The notes: generated by a model from the letters alone, not told the origin. A DNA stretch of 64,000 nt from an uncultured Candidatus Saccharibacteria bacterium (GCA_947305655.1 CAMZEA010000001.1:62211-126210), one strand, 5' to 3'; shown: positions 8,801-17,620, numbered from the stretch's first letter. Program-made: numbers and translations.

Positions 8801-9059
8801 TCTGTACTTTGTAAGCCTCGGGGCCAATGAAGTTTGCGAGGCGGTGGCGCATGTTGCTCGCGGCGGCTTCGGTGAAAGTTAGACACAAAATATTATCCGG
8901 CAAAACGTCAGTCTGTTTCAGAATATTTGCGACGCGGACGGAGAGGAGCTGAGTCTTACCAGTACCTGGGCCAGCGATGACTAATAGTGGGCCATCAATA
9001 TGGTCGACGGCAGCGCGCTGCTCGTCGTTCAAGGAATTGTATGCTTGTTCGAAATCCAT
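5874..9059 (-). CDS. UvrD/PcrA-type SF1 helicase fused to a C-terminal PD-(D/E)XK (RecB-family) nuclease
   Basis: Helicase motifs AGPGTGKTQ, LLDEYQDTN, AVGDDDQAIYGFQGA, KNYRSS, VHSAKGLEYDYVF, FFVAITRARAELY. C-terminal GGKIDRIEID...VSDFKTSK...YKIQLYFY nuclease motifs. Start set at ATG 9059 (MDFEQAY), preceded by TATAAT-N6. The track extension to 9221 overlaps the upstream gene. Confidence 0.9.
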   Translation of the reverse strand: MDFEQAYNSLNDEQRAAVDHIDGPLLVIAGPGTGKTQLLSVRVANILKQTDVLPDNILCLTFTEAAASNMRHRLANFIGPEAYKVQIHTYHSFGSYLLQEHRPDLQNSIDELDRFAMIREIQSQLKITSPLRGDWATKDIISAISSLKAAALDADDIAKIIARNEADNEAILEAIKDDLVATSEKYPKNLPAYESILEKIKDFVDESGNYITDRVEPIANIYYRSLAQILLERDEDASIATPLREWRKKYFEKDGDNNYIFKDIAATLKLADLAFILRHYSKALEEKGLYDYDDMILMAIKLLKEDDEKRYNAQERFQYILLDEYQDTNDAQAQLVALLTDNPANEGNPNIMAVGDDDQAIYGFQGANTSNFFEFNEKYHPKHILLSKNYRSSAAILELAHNVIEQGEDRFCKAPNVNIDKRITAENPPARTHISYEEFKSYQAEYSSVAKRIKALLDSGVKGNKIAIIAPKHKQLASILPYLHSLDILVSYEKRENILDSPKIDTIIEASKFLLKLAANPQYTDEFAFHIFSLDCFGISPAEMLGLIGDAHHNHRAIIEEMLKEERPEHIKAAANFCVELAAKTTTHPADYFIDTLATKFYPDYMDYDFYSNLNTLRTAVSKSENHKEKLAEFIARLDAYRAADIQILDRSPYHEAEDAVVVQTVHSAKGLEYDYVFMIAVDNDNWGTSKGNNDRLALPRNLEYVRHTGDSIDEKLRVFFVAITRARAELYMTYSLSDFNDKEHDRLRFLDAVEADNKITSRAIPAPFSDIIPSSSDELEPKYLTPDYWFDKYVPSDEVRKNLYQPKVEHFRLFPTQLNTYIDAKYAGPLSFFISYIIGIRGESNFNIDYGNCIHEVMDQLNKEQLSDEDAIKLFNELVDKADTTDDAKRDLRDRGDAELPGFLKAFGAKLRDIRTDSERSFFTENILLGNTLIGGKIDRIEIDDKSKTITVSDFKTSKPKFKWSDSDGTLNYKIQLYFYKFLIENSRDYAGFRVTKGRIDFISPDNSGFYHSLELEFDDNEAEQVKKLIAVVYQRIKDLDFPELEEGTTTKAFIDTLLA

Positions 9060-9075
9060 ACTCTTATTATATAGA

Positions 9076-10227
9076 CTATTTGCGGACGAGTATAGCGAGA
9101 GATTCGATGTGCGGTGTGCGCGGGAAGAAGTTGTATGGTGTAACTTTTTGGATTTCGTAATCGTCGGTAAGCATCGCAATGTCGCGGGCTTGGGTGATTG
9201 GATTACAGGAAAGATAAACAATTGTCTTCGGTTTGACTTCGTTAAGCTTTTCGATGAGTTTTTTATCGCAGCCGGCGCGTGGCGGATCTAGAATGACGGT
9301 CTGGTCTGGTGTAATATATTCTGTGACATCTTCGGATTTGGCGAGGACGCATTTCGCGTTTGTGCCTTCGGCGTTCTTTTGCATTTCTTCATAGGCGGCG
9401 CCGTTTACTTCAACAAGCATTAGATCTTTGTCGCGTGCGACGGAAAGACCGATGCTGCCGACGCCAGCGTAGAGGTCGAGGACGTTATTGGTCGTAATGT
9501 ATTGCTGGATTTCTTTTAGAACCATTTCATAGACCGGCAAATTGATTTGGAAAAAGCCGTTCGGTGAGTAGCTATATTTGTAGCCGCAGAGCGTGTCTTC
9601 GAGATTCTTCATAATTGGATGTGGCTGGCCATTGACGAATAAATCGCCGCTGACATTGCCCTGCTGGTCGCAGCGCAAAAGTAGCGATTGATAAGTGCGC
9701 GCTTCGGCATGTTCGGCGTTGAGTTTCGTGATGATCTCTTGGGCTTTGGCCCAGATTTCTGGGCGCTCGATACTGGACTGCGTGATTGGAACTTTGCGGT
9801 GTGTGCCACGTTCGTGGAAAGCTGGATAAATCTTGCCATCATTATTGTCCCAATAGAGCGAATACTCCATTTTGTTGCGATAGAAAAAATCTTTGCCGTC
9901 GGTAACGGTCGGCTCTGGATTAATGGCGAGATGGTTTTGCATGAAGCATTCTTGGACGAGCAGACGTTTCTGCTCGAGCTCATAATCGTAATCCATGATT
10001 TGCCATGGGCTGGTTGCGAGGAAGCATTTGTCTTTTGGCATAATGCGATGCTCGCTGGCATTAAAAATATGGCGCCCAACGCCTTCGCAGTAGCTGCGCT
10101 TGTCTTTTGTGACGTCGAATTCTACGGGCTCATTTGGCAAGGCATTCCAAATAAAGGCTTTCTTGCCGTCTTCGGTTTCGCCGATGCCCTGTCCGCCTGG
10201 GACGAGCTTGAGAATTGTGGTTAACAT
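9076..10227 (-). CDS. TrmA/RumA-family SAM-dependent RNA (uracil-5-)-methyltransferase
   Basis: LDLYAGVGSIGLSVA (SAM motif), ILDPPRAGC, YLSCNPITQARD (catalytic Cys motif). TGCTATAAT-N7-ATG upstream. Confidence 0.85.
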   Translation of the reverse strand: MLTTILKLVPGGQGIGETEDGKKAFIWNALPNEPVEFDVTKDKRSYCEGVGRHIFNASEHRIMPKDKCFLATSPWQIMDYDYELEQKRLLVQECFMQNHLAINPEPTVTDGKDFFYRNKMEYSLYWDNNDGKIYPAFHERGTHRKVPITQSSIERPEIWAKAQEIITKLNAEHAEARTYQSLLLRCDQQGNVSGDLFVNGQPHPIMKNLEDTLCGYKYSYSPNGFFQINLPVYEMVLKEIQQYITTNNVLDLYAGVGSIGLSVARDKDLMLVEVNGAAYEEMQKNAEGTNAKCVLAKSEDVTEYITPDQTVILDPPRAGCDKKLIEKLNEVKPKTIVYLSCNPITQARDIAMLTDDYEIQKVTPYNFFPRTPHIESLAILVRK

Positions 10228-10278
10228 ATCTGTTATTATAGCATATTTTCCCCTGTTATTGGTGGTATAATAGTGCTA

Positions 10279-11217
10279 ATGAAAAACGTTATAGAAGTCA
10301 AGCATTTAACGAAAAGTTATAAACAAAATAAGGCCGTTGACGATCTGAGTTTGACGGTAAAAGAGGGTGAGATTTTGGGCCTTCTCGGCCCGAATGGTTC
10401 GGGCAAAACGACCACAATGAACTGTATTCTCGCTTTGCTAAAATTCGATGACGGAAAGATTTCGATTTTTGGTAAAGAAATGGCGCCGGATTCATATGAC
10501 ATTAAAGCGAAAATTGGCGTCGTGTTTCAGGAAGTTGCAGTCTTTGACGAATTGACGGTCTATGGAAATATCGATTATTTCTGTGGCCTATATATCGAAG
10601 ACAAAGCGACGCGCGCGCAGTATGTTGAAGATGCGTTAAAGCTTGTTGGCCTCGAAGAAAACAAAAACCAATATCCGAAGCAATTGTCCGGTGGTTTGCT
10701 CCGTCGTTTGAATATCGCGTGTGGTATCGCGCATAAACCAAAGCTCATCTTCCTTGATGAGCCGACGGTCGCTGTTGATCCGCAGAGTCGTAATAATATC
10801 CTTGAAGGCATTAAAAAGCTCCGTGATGACGGCGCGACGATTGTTTACACGACGCACTACATGGAAGAAGTCGAGATTCTTTGCGACCGCGTGATTATTC
10901 TTGACCATGGCAAGATTATTGCTGAAGGCACGAATGACGAGCTTAAGGCGCTCGCGAAGATTGAAGAAAAAGTTACGATTGAGGTGGCTGAGCTTTCACC
11001 GAAGCAACTTTCTGGTTTTGAAAATATCAAGAATGTTGATACTGTTAGCTATGAAGATGGAATTTTAAAAGTTGTGTTTGGCAAAGGCAAAAATAATCTT
11101 GCCGAGATGATTGATTATTTGAAGGCAAATCGCATTCAATATAGCCGCATTTTTGCTGAACGCCCAACGCTTAATGATGTATTTCTCGAGCTTACCGGCA
11201 AGGAGCTTCGCGACTAA
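10279..11217 (+). CDS. ABC transporter ATP-binding protein
   Basis: Walker A GPNGSGKTT, signature LSGGLLRRL, Walker B LIFLDEPT. Start set at ATG 10279 by TGGTATAAT-N7-ATG. Confidence 0.9.
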   Translation: MKNVIEVKHLTKSYKQNKAVDDLSLTVKEGEILGLLGPNGSGKTTTMNCILALLKFDDGKISIFGKEMAPDSYDIKAKIGVVFQEVAVFDELTVYGNIDYFCGLYIEDKATRAQYVEDALKLVGLEENKNQYPKQLSGGLLRRLNIACGIAHKPKLIFLDEPTVAVDPQSRNNILEGIKKLRDDGATIVYTTHYMEEVEILCDRVIILDHGKIIAEGTNDELKALAKIEEKVTIEVAELSPKQLSGFENIKNVDTVSYEDGILKVVFGKGKNNLAEMIDYLKANRIQYSRIFAERPTLNDVFLELTGKELRD

Positions 11218-12374
11218 TGTTTTGGCATAACTATAAGTATGCGCTAAAGACGCTCGTGAAGAACAAGTCATTGGTTTTTTGGACGCTTGCCTTTCCGTTT
11301 ATTCTTGCGATTTTCTTTAATCTCGCGTTTTCTAGACTTCATGATTATGACGTGTTCGAACCTTTCGACATCGCCGTCGTGCGCGATGACGCATATAGAA
11401 AAGAAACGGTATTTGCAGAAGCATTTGGCTCGCTAACGCGTGGCGATGAGCGTCTATTTAAAGCAAAATTTTCGACCCGCGATGAAGCAGAAAAATTGCT
11501 TAGTGAAGAAAAAGTTGAAGGCATCGTATATGTTGAAGATGGCCAGGCACATGTGAAGATTAAAAAGAACGGCACAAATCAGACTGTGCTAAAAATGGCG
11601 ACTGAACAAGTTGCGCAGAGTGCCGGTATGATCAATGATATTGCGGCTGCCGAGGCTGAACGCTCTGGCGGAGCGATGAACCAGTTTGAGATCTACGCAA
11701 AGGCAGTTGAGATTGTCCAGAATGCAGAGCCGAAAATTGAGGACGATTCGCACGTGATGAATGTAGTTTCGATTGAGTTCTTTACGCTTATCGCGATGGC
11801 CTGCATGCAGGGCGCGATGCTCAGTACGGAGATGCTCAATCGTTGTCTGCCAAATCTCTCGCACCGCGGCAAGCGCGTAGCGATTGCACCAACGAAAAAG
11901 AGCCGCGTAATTCTCAGCAATACTCTCGCTGGCTATACGGTGCTGCTCGTGTCCGTGATTTTATTAATTCTATTTATGCGCTTTGTGCTTGGTGTAGATT
12001 TTGGCACCCATACTTGGCTGATTATGGCGCTAGCGGCGGTCGGATCGCTAACTGCGACGATGATGGGCATGCTACTTGCCGTTGCGTTCAAAATGAACGA
12101 TAACGCGAAACAAGTAGTCGTGTTGTCTGTTACGATGGTCGGTTGTCTGTTTGCTGGCATGTTTGGCGGTATGAAAATCATATTCGATGAGGCTTGCCCG
12201 TGGATGAACAAAATCAACCCGGTTGGCCTAATTACGGACGGTTTTTATTCCCTGCTTTATTACGAAGACGCGACGCGCTTCATCGTGAATGTCGTAAGCT
12301 TGCTAGTAATTGCGGCGGTATTCTTCGTATTGTCGGTAAGAAGTTTAAGGAGGGCGCGCTATGACAGTATCTAG
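11217..12374 (+). CDS. ABC-2-type transporter permease
   Basis: TAATG overlap with the ATPase gene. N-terminal TM, large loop, then a C-terminal cluster of about 5 TM segments. Confidence 0.8.
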   Translation: MFWHNYKYALKTLVKNKSLVFWTLAFPFILAIFFNLAFSRLHDYDVFEPFDIAVVRDDAYRKETVFAEAFGSLTRGDERLFKAKFSTRDEAEKLLSEEKVEGIVYVEDGQAHVKIKKNGTNQTVLKMATEQVAQSAGMINDIAAAEAERSGGAMNQFEIYAKAVEIVQNAEPKIEDDSHVMNVVSIEFFTLIAMACMQGAMLSTEMLNRCLPNLSHRGKRVAIAPTKKSRVILSNTLAGYTVLLVSVILLILFMRFVLGVDFGTHTWLIMALAAVGSLTATMMGMLLAVAFKMNDNAKQVVVLSVTMVGCLFAGMFGGMKIIFDEACPWMNKINPVGLITDGFYSLLYYEDATRFIVNVVSLLVIAAVFFVLSVRSLRRARYDSI

Positions 12375-13512
12375 AGCTTTCTGGAAGATTGCCCTGAAGA
12401 ATATCGGGACGATTATTCTCTACACGGGTCTACTAATAATGTTCGGCACGATGAATATGAGTTCTGGCGCATCTACGACGCAGTTTGAAGCGACGAAGCC
12501 GACAGTTGTGGTATTCAACCACGACAAAGAGGCTGGCGTCACGAAGGGGCTTATTGAATATCTCGATAAAAACGCCGAGATAGCGAAAGATTATGCAGAC
12601 GATGACCGCTTGAAAGATGCGTTGTTCTACGAACGCGTGATGCTCGTTCTCGATATCCCGGAAGAATATCATCAAGAGTTTGCGCTCGGTCATGAGCCGG
12701 AGTTAAAGATGCGTTCTTCGTCTGGGTATAGTGCGGAGCTCGCAAAAGTTATTGTGCGCCGATATCTTTCGGCGGCAAAGGCTTACACTTCGCTTGGTTT
12801 AAATGATGAGGAGTTGAGAGCAAAAGTCGAGGAATCGCTTGGGAACGAAATTGTCGTAGAGACTGCGTCGGCAGCCGATACTTCTAAGTATACGGTTGCG
12901 ACACGCTACTTTAGCTTCGCAAACTATAGTATTCTCGCCTGCGTCATTACGATTATTTGTCTAATTATGATGTCGTTTAATCGGCTCGAAGTTAGGAAGC
13001 GTAACCTAGTGAGTAGTATTGAAATCTCGAAGATGAACCGTGTGCTACTGAGGAACTGTTGCATCTATTCGTTGGCTGTTTGGCTATTCTTTGTAGCGAT
13101 TAGTTTCTTTGTTGTCGGGTTTGATGTAATGTGGGGCATTCATGGCCTGCTGTATGCTACGAATGCGTTGATATTTAGCGGTTGTGCTACGACTGTAGCA
13201 TTCCTCGTCAGCCACTTCGTGAATAGCCAGGGCGCAGTAAGCGGCATGATGAATGTGATTGCGCTCGGTTCGAGTTTCCTTTGTGGCGCGTTCGTGCCGG
13301 CGGAATATTTGCCGGACGCCGTGCTTGCGTTTGCGCATATTATGCCAAGCTACTACTTCATTGATGGCAGCAACAAGATTATGGCGCTAGAAGATTATAG
13401 TTTCAATTCTCTGCTGCCAGTTTTCGTCAATATGGGAATCGTGTTGGCGTTTGCGATTGCTTTTGCGTTGATCACGAATTATGTATCAAAGAAGAAGCAA
13501 AAGATAGCATAA
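12361..13512 (+). CDS. ABC-2-type transporter permease (second subunit)
   Basis: 14-nt overlap with the previous gene and the same topology (N-terminal TM, loop, C-terminal TM cluster). Confidence 0.8.
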   Translation: MTVSRAFWKIALKNIGTIILYTGLLIMFGTMNMSSGASTTQFEATKPTVVVFNHDKEAGVTKGLIEYLDKNAEIAKDYADDDRLKDALFYERVMLVLDIPEEYHQEFALGHEPELKMRSSSGYSAELAKVIVRRYLSAAKAYTSLGLNDEELRAKVEESLGNEIVVETASAADTSKYTVATRYFSFANYSILACVITIICLIMMSFNRLEVRKRNLVSSIEISKMNRVLLRNCCIYSLAVWLFFVAISFFVVGFDVMWGIHGLLYATNALIFSGCATTVAFLVSHFVNSQGAVSGMMNVIALGSSFLCGAFVPAEYLPDAVLAFAHIMPSYYFIDGSNKIMALEDYSFNSLLPVFVNMGIVLAFAIAFALITNYVSKKKQKIA

Positions 13513-13515
13513 AAA

Positions 13516-13542
13516 ATACCCCCGATTTGGGGGTATTTTTTT
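13516..13542. terminator. Bidirectional intrinsic terminator between convergent ABC operons
   Basis: AAAAAATACCCCC-gattt-GGGGGTATTTTTTT, with an A-tract on one side and a T-tract on the other. Confidence 0.75.
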
Positions 13543-14850
13543 CTATTCGTAACGCAATGCGTCGATTGGGTTTTTCTTCGAGGCTTTTCTTGCCGGCAAG
13601 GTGCCTGCGAGGAAAGCGATGAACATAATGATTGCGACGATTGTAATCATTGTGAGCGGTTCGAAGATAGTGAGCGTGAAGGTTGGGAAATCCGCAAGGA
13701 AGGTTTCGCGTGCGATTCCGTTCACGATATTACCGATGATCATCGAGACGACAACACCGACGGCGGAGCCCCAGAAGCCAAGGAGGATTGCCTCGCAACT
13801 AAAGCTTGCGAAGACTTTGCCGTTGCTCATGCCGAGAGCCTTGTCGAGGCCGATTTCCTTCGTGCGTTCCTGAACCGACATGAACAAGGTATTGATGATG
13901 CCGATAGAGGCTGCGACGAGTGCGATACCGCCGAAGATATTGAAGACGATGAGGATGGCGTCAAAGAAGACTTTGAACATGCCGACTTCGTCGTCAACAG
14001 ACATTGCCTTGAGGCCGATTTTTTCGAGCTCAGCTTTGACGCTGTCGATTTTTTCTGGATCAACATCGGCGGTTGCCTGAGAGCTGCGATTGAGCTCTGG
14101 TGCGTAGCCTTCGTAGTTAATCTCGTTGGCGTGCGTCCAGAAGGAAAGATTGACGCGGCTGCCGCCCATCGAAAGGATACCTGGGGCCTGGGTGCCGGAA
14201 ACCTTTACGTCGAGAATGGTCTGGCAATCGCTACGCTTGACAGCGCTCGTGCGGCACTTAAGGTCGCTAGGGACGGCGATTTGGACGGTTTCGCCGACGA
14301 TTTCACTGACGTTTTCGTAGCCAAGGGCTTTTGCCATGTCCTCGTTGATAGCGATTTCATATGGAGCGTCCTTGGCGGTGTTCGGCGAGACGCCGTTGCT
14401 CATGTCGAAGTTAATGCCCTCGACGACGAGGTTAATATTGATGCGATAACGCTTGTCGGTTCTGCTGCTCGTGATGTAGTCTGCGGTTGCGTTCGGGAGG
14501 GCATTGAAGACTTTGATGCCGTCGATTTTCTTCGCAGCCTCAATTTGCTCATCCTTGATATACATTGAGGCGTTTGCGTCGTCCTTATCCTCGGTGTATT
14601 CCTGCGGGCTATTACCGCTGAGCATGCTTGCCATGGTGTCATAGGCTTCGGTCGGCATCATTTCGAGATAACCGTCGCCGCCCATGTTCTCGATTTGCTT
14701 ATTCATCCAGTCATTCACGCCGGCGTTGATGGCGGAGTTGAGGATGATAGTGAAGCTACCGACGAAGATTGCAAGAATCGTTAGAATACTACGGATTTTG
14801 TTGCGCCAAAGATTGGAGTTGGCGTCATGAATGATATCTAGAACTTTCAT
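13543..14850 (-). CDS. FtsX/MacB-family ABC transporter permease
   Basis: N-terminal TM, about 250-aa extracytoplasmic domain, three C-terminal TMs. ATGA-type overlap with the ATPase gene. Confidence 0.85.
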   Translation of the reverse strand: MKVLDIIHDANSNLWRNKIRSILTILAIFVGSFTIILNSAINAGVNDWMNKQIENMGGDGYLEMMPTEAYDTMASMLSGNSPQEYTEDKDDANASMYIKDEQIEAAKKIDGIKVFNALPNATADYITSSRTDKRYRININLVVEGINFDMSNGVSPNTAKDAPYEIAINEDMAKALGYENVSEIVGETVQIAVPSDLKCRTSAVKRSDCQTILDVKVSGTQAPGILSMGGSRVNLSFWTHANEINYEGYAPELNRSSQATADVDPEKIDSVKAELEKIGLKAMSVDDEVGMFKVFFDAILIVFNIFGGIALVAASIGIINTLFMSVQERTKEIGLDKALGMSNGKVFASFSCEAILLGFWGSAVGVVVSMIIGNIVNGIARETFLADFPTFTLTIFEPLTMITIVAIIMFIAFLAGTLPARKASKKNPIDALRYE

Positions 14851-15557
14851 TTCTTAGCTCCTTTCTTAGTCTTGGCATCTTCGACGATTTCGCCATCTGC
14901 GATGCGAATCTGGCGCTTGCATTTTGCGGCGAGCTCTTCGTCGTGGGTGACAATGATTAGTGTGATGCCCTTCTCTTTATTGAGATCAAAGAGCAACTTT
15001 TCGATTTTGTCGCCAGTGGCGGAGTCGAGGTTGCCGGTTGGTTCGTCGGCGAAGATGACCTTCGGGTTGTTGACGATGGCGCGGGCAATACAGACGCGCT
15101 GTTTTTGGCCGCCAGAAAGGTCTTTGGCCTTGTTCTTGGCCTTATCGTCTAGCTCGACGACTTTGAGGGCTTCCATGGCGCGGCGCCTGCGTTCGCGGCG
15201 GCTGATGCCGGCGATCTTGAGCGGGAGGATAACGTTATTCAGTACGCTATCATTTGCGTTCATGAAGAAGCTCTGGAAGACGAAGCCGAATTCCTTGTTG
15301 CGTAAGCGGTTGAGCTTGCGGTTCTTGAGTTTACTGGTGCTCCTACCATTTAATGTTATTTCTCCGCTGGTTGGTTTGTCGAGAAGTGCGAGGAGATGCA
15401 TCAGCGTGGATTTGCCGGAGCCGGATTTACCGACGATGGCCACTGATTCGCCCGCATTTATCTCGAGGTTGAGGCCACGAAGCGCCTCGAACTTAGTATC
15501 GCGCTTTCCATAAACCTTTTTCAGGTTGCGCGTAGATAAAAGTGAACTTGTTGTCAT
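14847..15557 (-). CDS. MacB/LolD-type ABC transporter ATP-binding protein
   Basis: GKSGSGKST, LSGGQKQRVCIARA, IFADEPTGNLD. Confidence 0.95.
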   Translation of the reverse strand: MTTSSLLSTRNLKKVYGKRDTKFEALRGLNLEINAGESVAIVGKSGSGKSTLMHLLALLDKPTSGEITLNGRSTSKLKNRKLNRLRNKEFGFVFQSFFMNANDSVLNNVILPLKIAGISRRERRRRAMEALKVVELDDKAKNKAKDLSGGQKQRVCIARAIVNNPKVIFADEPTGNLDSATGDKIEKLLFDLNKEKGITLIIVTHDEELAAKCKRQIRIADGEIVEDAKTKKGAKK

Positions 15558-15575
15558 AGCTCATCTATTATACCA

Positions 15576-16031
15576 TCACATCGTGACGAACGCGATGCCA
15601 ATGGCGATCCAAAGAATGATGCGTTGGATGAGACGCGTAGCGGCGTACGCGATGAGTCCGCCAAGAATATTTGGTATGACATCTCCGAAGCCGAAAAGAC
15701 CGTTTGGCGCAATTGCGACGGCGATGGCGTAGACGAGGCAGGCTGGGATATAGAAATAACCGAAGCCGCTGACAAATTTGATAGTGAGTGCGCAGACGAG
15801 GATGGTCTCGGCGACCCAAATAATGATAGCTAGTGCGCTAAATGGATAAAGCCCTGGGAATAATGTTGGGAGTAGTAAGAAATCTAGAAAGTATTTTGCT
15901 AGGAAGATACCGAGTAGGACAAAAAAGCTGGCGACTGTGAAGCCTTTAACTTTGGCTGGTTTTTTGTTTGGATTGAATTTTTTCGGCTGATATTTGGCTG
16001 GTGGTACGTAGGGTTTGTCGGTGTCTATCAT
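15576..16031 (-). CDS. Hypothetical membrane protein (151 aa)
   Basis: Four hydrophobic segments. Start set at ATG 16031 (TATAAT-N6-ATG). The track extension to 16100 would overlap tRNA-Gln. Confidence 0.6.
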   Translation of the reverse strand: MIDTDKPYVPPAKYQPKKFNPNKKPAKVKGFTVASFFVLLGIFLAKYFLDFLLLPTLFPGLYPFSALAIIIWVAETILVCALTIKFVSGFGYFYIPACLVYAIAVAIAPNGLFGFGDVIPNILGGLIAYAATRLIQRIILWIAIGIAFVTM

Positions 16032-16074
16032 GTCTAGATTATAGCCTATTTCTGTGGTAAAATATCCTGCAGAT

Positions 16075-16149
16075 TGGGCCTTCGCCAAGTGGTAAGGCAA
16101 CGGGTTTTGGTCCCGTCATTCGCAGGTTCGAATCCTGCAGGCCCAGCCA
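16075..16149 (+). tRNA. tRNA-Gln (anticodon UUG), CCA encoded
   Basis: Manual cloverleaf: acceptor TGGGCCT/AGGCCCA, anticodon stem ACGGG/CCCGT, loop TT-TTG-GT, T-arm GCAGG-TTCGAAT-CCTGC. Confidence 0.9.
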
Positions 16150-16292
16150 AGAAGAAATAGAAAAACGCCCGTAGGGCTGTTTTTTTTGTTTCATTGCTCG
16201 CCGTAGGCGAGGCAGGATTCGAGCCAGGTTCGTCCAATGCCCGGCGAGCTAGCGAGCGACGGCGCATTGTTCATATCCTGCAGGCCCAGCCA
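16132..16292 (+). repeat. Direct repeat of the tRNA-Gln 3' end (att-like scar)
   Basis: The 18-nt ATCCTGCAGGCCCAGCCA occurs at 16132-16149 and again at 16275-16292. Each copy is followed by a similar AAGAAA..GAAAAAC-hairpin-T-tract. A third partial copy, ATATCCTGCAG, is at 16062-16072. Confidence 0.7.
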
Positions 16293-16333
16293 CAAGAAAA
16301 CGAAAAACTCCTGAAGGGAGATTTTTTGTTTTT

Positions 16334-16864
16334 CTAATAATCCTCCGGCAATTCGTCTTCACGAAGAATAGTCGGGATTTCGATGCCGGAGTCCGTGTAT
16401 TCGAAACCGAAATTTTTGATTTCTTTTGGTGTTATGACGTTGATTGGATGGTGGAGTTTTATGTTTAGCTCCTTTTCATAATCCACGCCATCTTCTTTTT
16501 GCGCTTCGACGTCAATGAATAAGTCCAATGATTGGTATGTAGGAGTAAAAGATAGTTTGTCGCTAAAGGCCGGTGTTTTGTGCGAATAGGAAACATACAT
16601 ACGATTATCCGTAATTCCGTAAGAATAAAGATATAGTCTCAGCGAACTTAAATATTTTACGACGGCCTCGGCGATTTCGTCATTTGTCTGTAGGGTTTTA
16701 TCGACGTTAAAAGATAGGCGTGTCGGATATGCGGCGAGTTCTGAGTCGTCGTCTGCGTCGATATCGTACGGGTATACCTCATAGTTCAACAAATGGTAAT
16801 ACTGGTCGTCCTCCTTATAACGAATATCAAGATGAATGGTGGTCTGTTTTGAGTCTAGGTTCAT
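16334..16864 (-). CDS. Hypothetical acidic cytoplasmic protein (176 aa)
   Basis: Clean ORF with TGATAGAAT-N6-ATG. A terminator-like hairpin lies downstream at about 16300-16325. No motif recognised. Confidence 0.7.
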   Translation of the reverse strand: MNLDSKQTTIHLDIRYKEDDQYYHLLNYEVYPYDIDADDDSELAAYPTRLSFNVDKTLQTNDEIAEAVVKYLSSLRLYLYSYGITDNRMYVSYSHKTPAFSDKLSFTPTYQSLDLFIDVEAQKEDGVDYEKELNIKLHHPINVITPKEIKNFGFEYTDSGIEIPTILREDELPEDY

Positions 16865-16948
16865 GCCCTCATTCTATCACTACGTGTTTGCTCTGCGCCA
16901 GCCATAAAATGTTTTGCTAGGAAAATAGCAGACGAAGCGATTATTATA

Positions 16949-16977
16949 TTGACAAATATTACAAAGTATGGTATACT
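16949..16977 (+). promoter_or_regulatory. Near-consensus promoter, TTGACA-N17-TGgTATACT
   Basis: TTGACA at 16949-16954 and TATACT at 16972-16977, with TG at -15/-14. Confidence 0.6.
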
Positions 16978-17189
16978 GTATTTTGTCGTTTTGTTTGGAC
17001 GAAGTAGCTTACTAAGATGAAATTGAGGTTCTCAGTTTTTGTCTTCTCTGTGCAGAAGAGTCGTTTTAACAGATTGGCAAGATTCAAATAATAAACATGA
17101 GGTGAATGAGAAAGATGCAAAAAATTGAATCTAGACACGTAACAGTAGGAAAATGCAGTAGCGATGAAACAAAAAAAGGAGAAAAAGAA

Positions 17190-17567
17190 ATGAAAAAGAC
17201 ATTAATCAAGAACTGGGACCTTAAGTTTGGATCAGGTAGTCCCCACTACGAAATTGTGAAGTCGATCGCGTCAATCGTTTTAGGCGCCCCTTTGGGCGTT
17301 TATACGATTCTCCCGAAGGTCGATTTCTTCGCAGACACAAGCGCTGACGGAGGAAAAACCTTCGTTGGCACAATCGATTTTGAGAACGTAAAAACGATTA
17401 CGGTCGTCAAAAAGGCGACCATCGATGGGCATCCCCATGACCTTTTGCGCCTTAAGTCTAGATCGGGCCGTGTAGTTTACACCTATACGGACTGGTTTGG
17501 GCCTGGCGCATTAGGCGAATTGGATAAGATGGCCGACGTGGGCAAGGTTTTTGGCCTTTCCGCGTAG
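17190..17567 (+). CDS. Hypothetical protein (125 aa; in-frame upstream starts at 17106 or 17115 are possible)
   Basis: AAAGGAG 8 nt before ATG 17190 (MKKTLIKNWDL). Strong terminator follows at 17595-17620. Confidence 0.65.
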   Translation: MKKTLIKNWDLKFGSGSPHYEIVKSIASIVLGAPLGVYTILPKVDFFADTSADGGKTFVGTIDFENVKTITVVKKATIDGHPHDLLRLKSRSGRVVYTYTDWFGPGALGELDKMADVGKVFGLSA

Positions 17568-17594
17568 TAGAGACAACTACCTAAATCCAAAAAA

Positions 17595-17620
17595 GCCCGT
17601 GCAGCCAGCACGGGCTTTTT
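17595..17620 (+). terminator. Intrinsic terminator
   Basis: GCCCGTGC-agcca-GCACGGGC followed by TTTTT. Confidence 0.8.

Noticed and set aside
16046-16267. 73-aa minus-strand ORF
   Set aside because: It overlaps the tRNA-Gln gene and the repeat/terminator region, so it is an artefact of the open frame across structured DNA.
16190-16292. Possible second (tandem) tRNA ending at the repeated ...CCTGCAGGCCCAGCCA
   Set aside because: No complementary 5' acceptor strand (TGGGCCT) exists. The T-stem 5' half is missing next to the repeat and no anticodon arm can be drawn. Only a degenerate GCAGGATTCGAGCC fragment is present, so I treat it as a scar.
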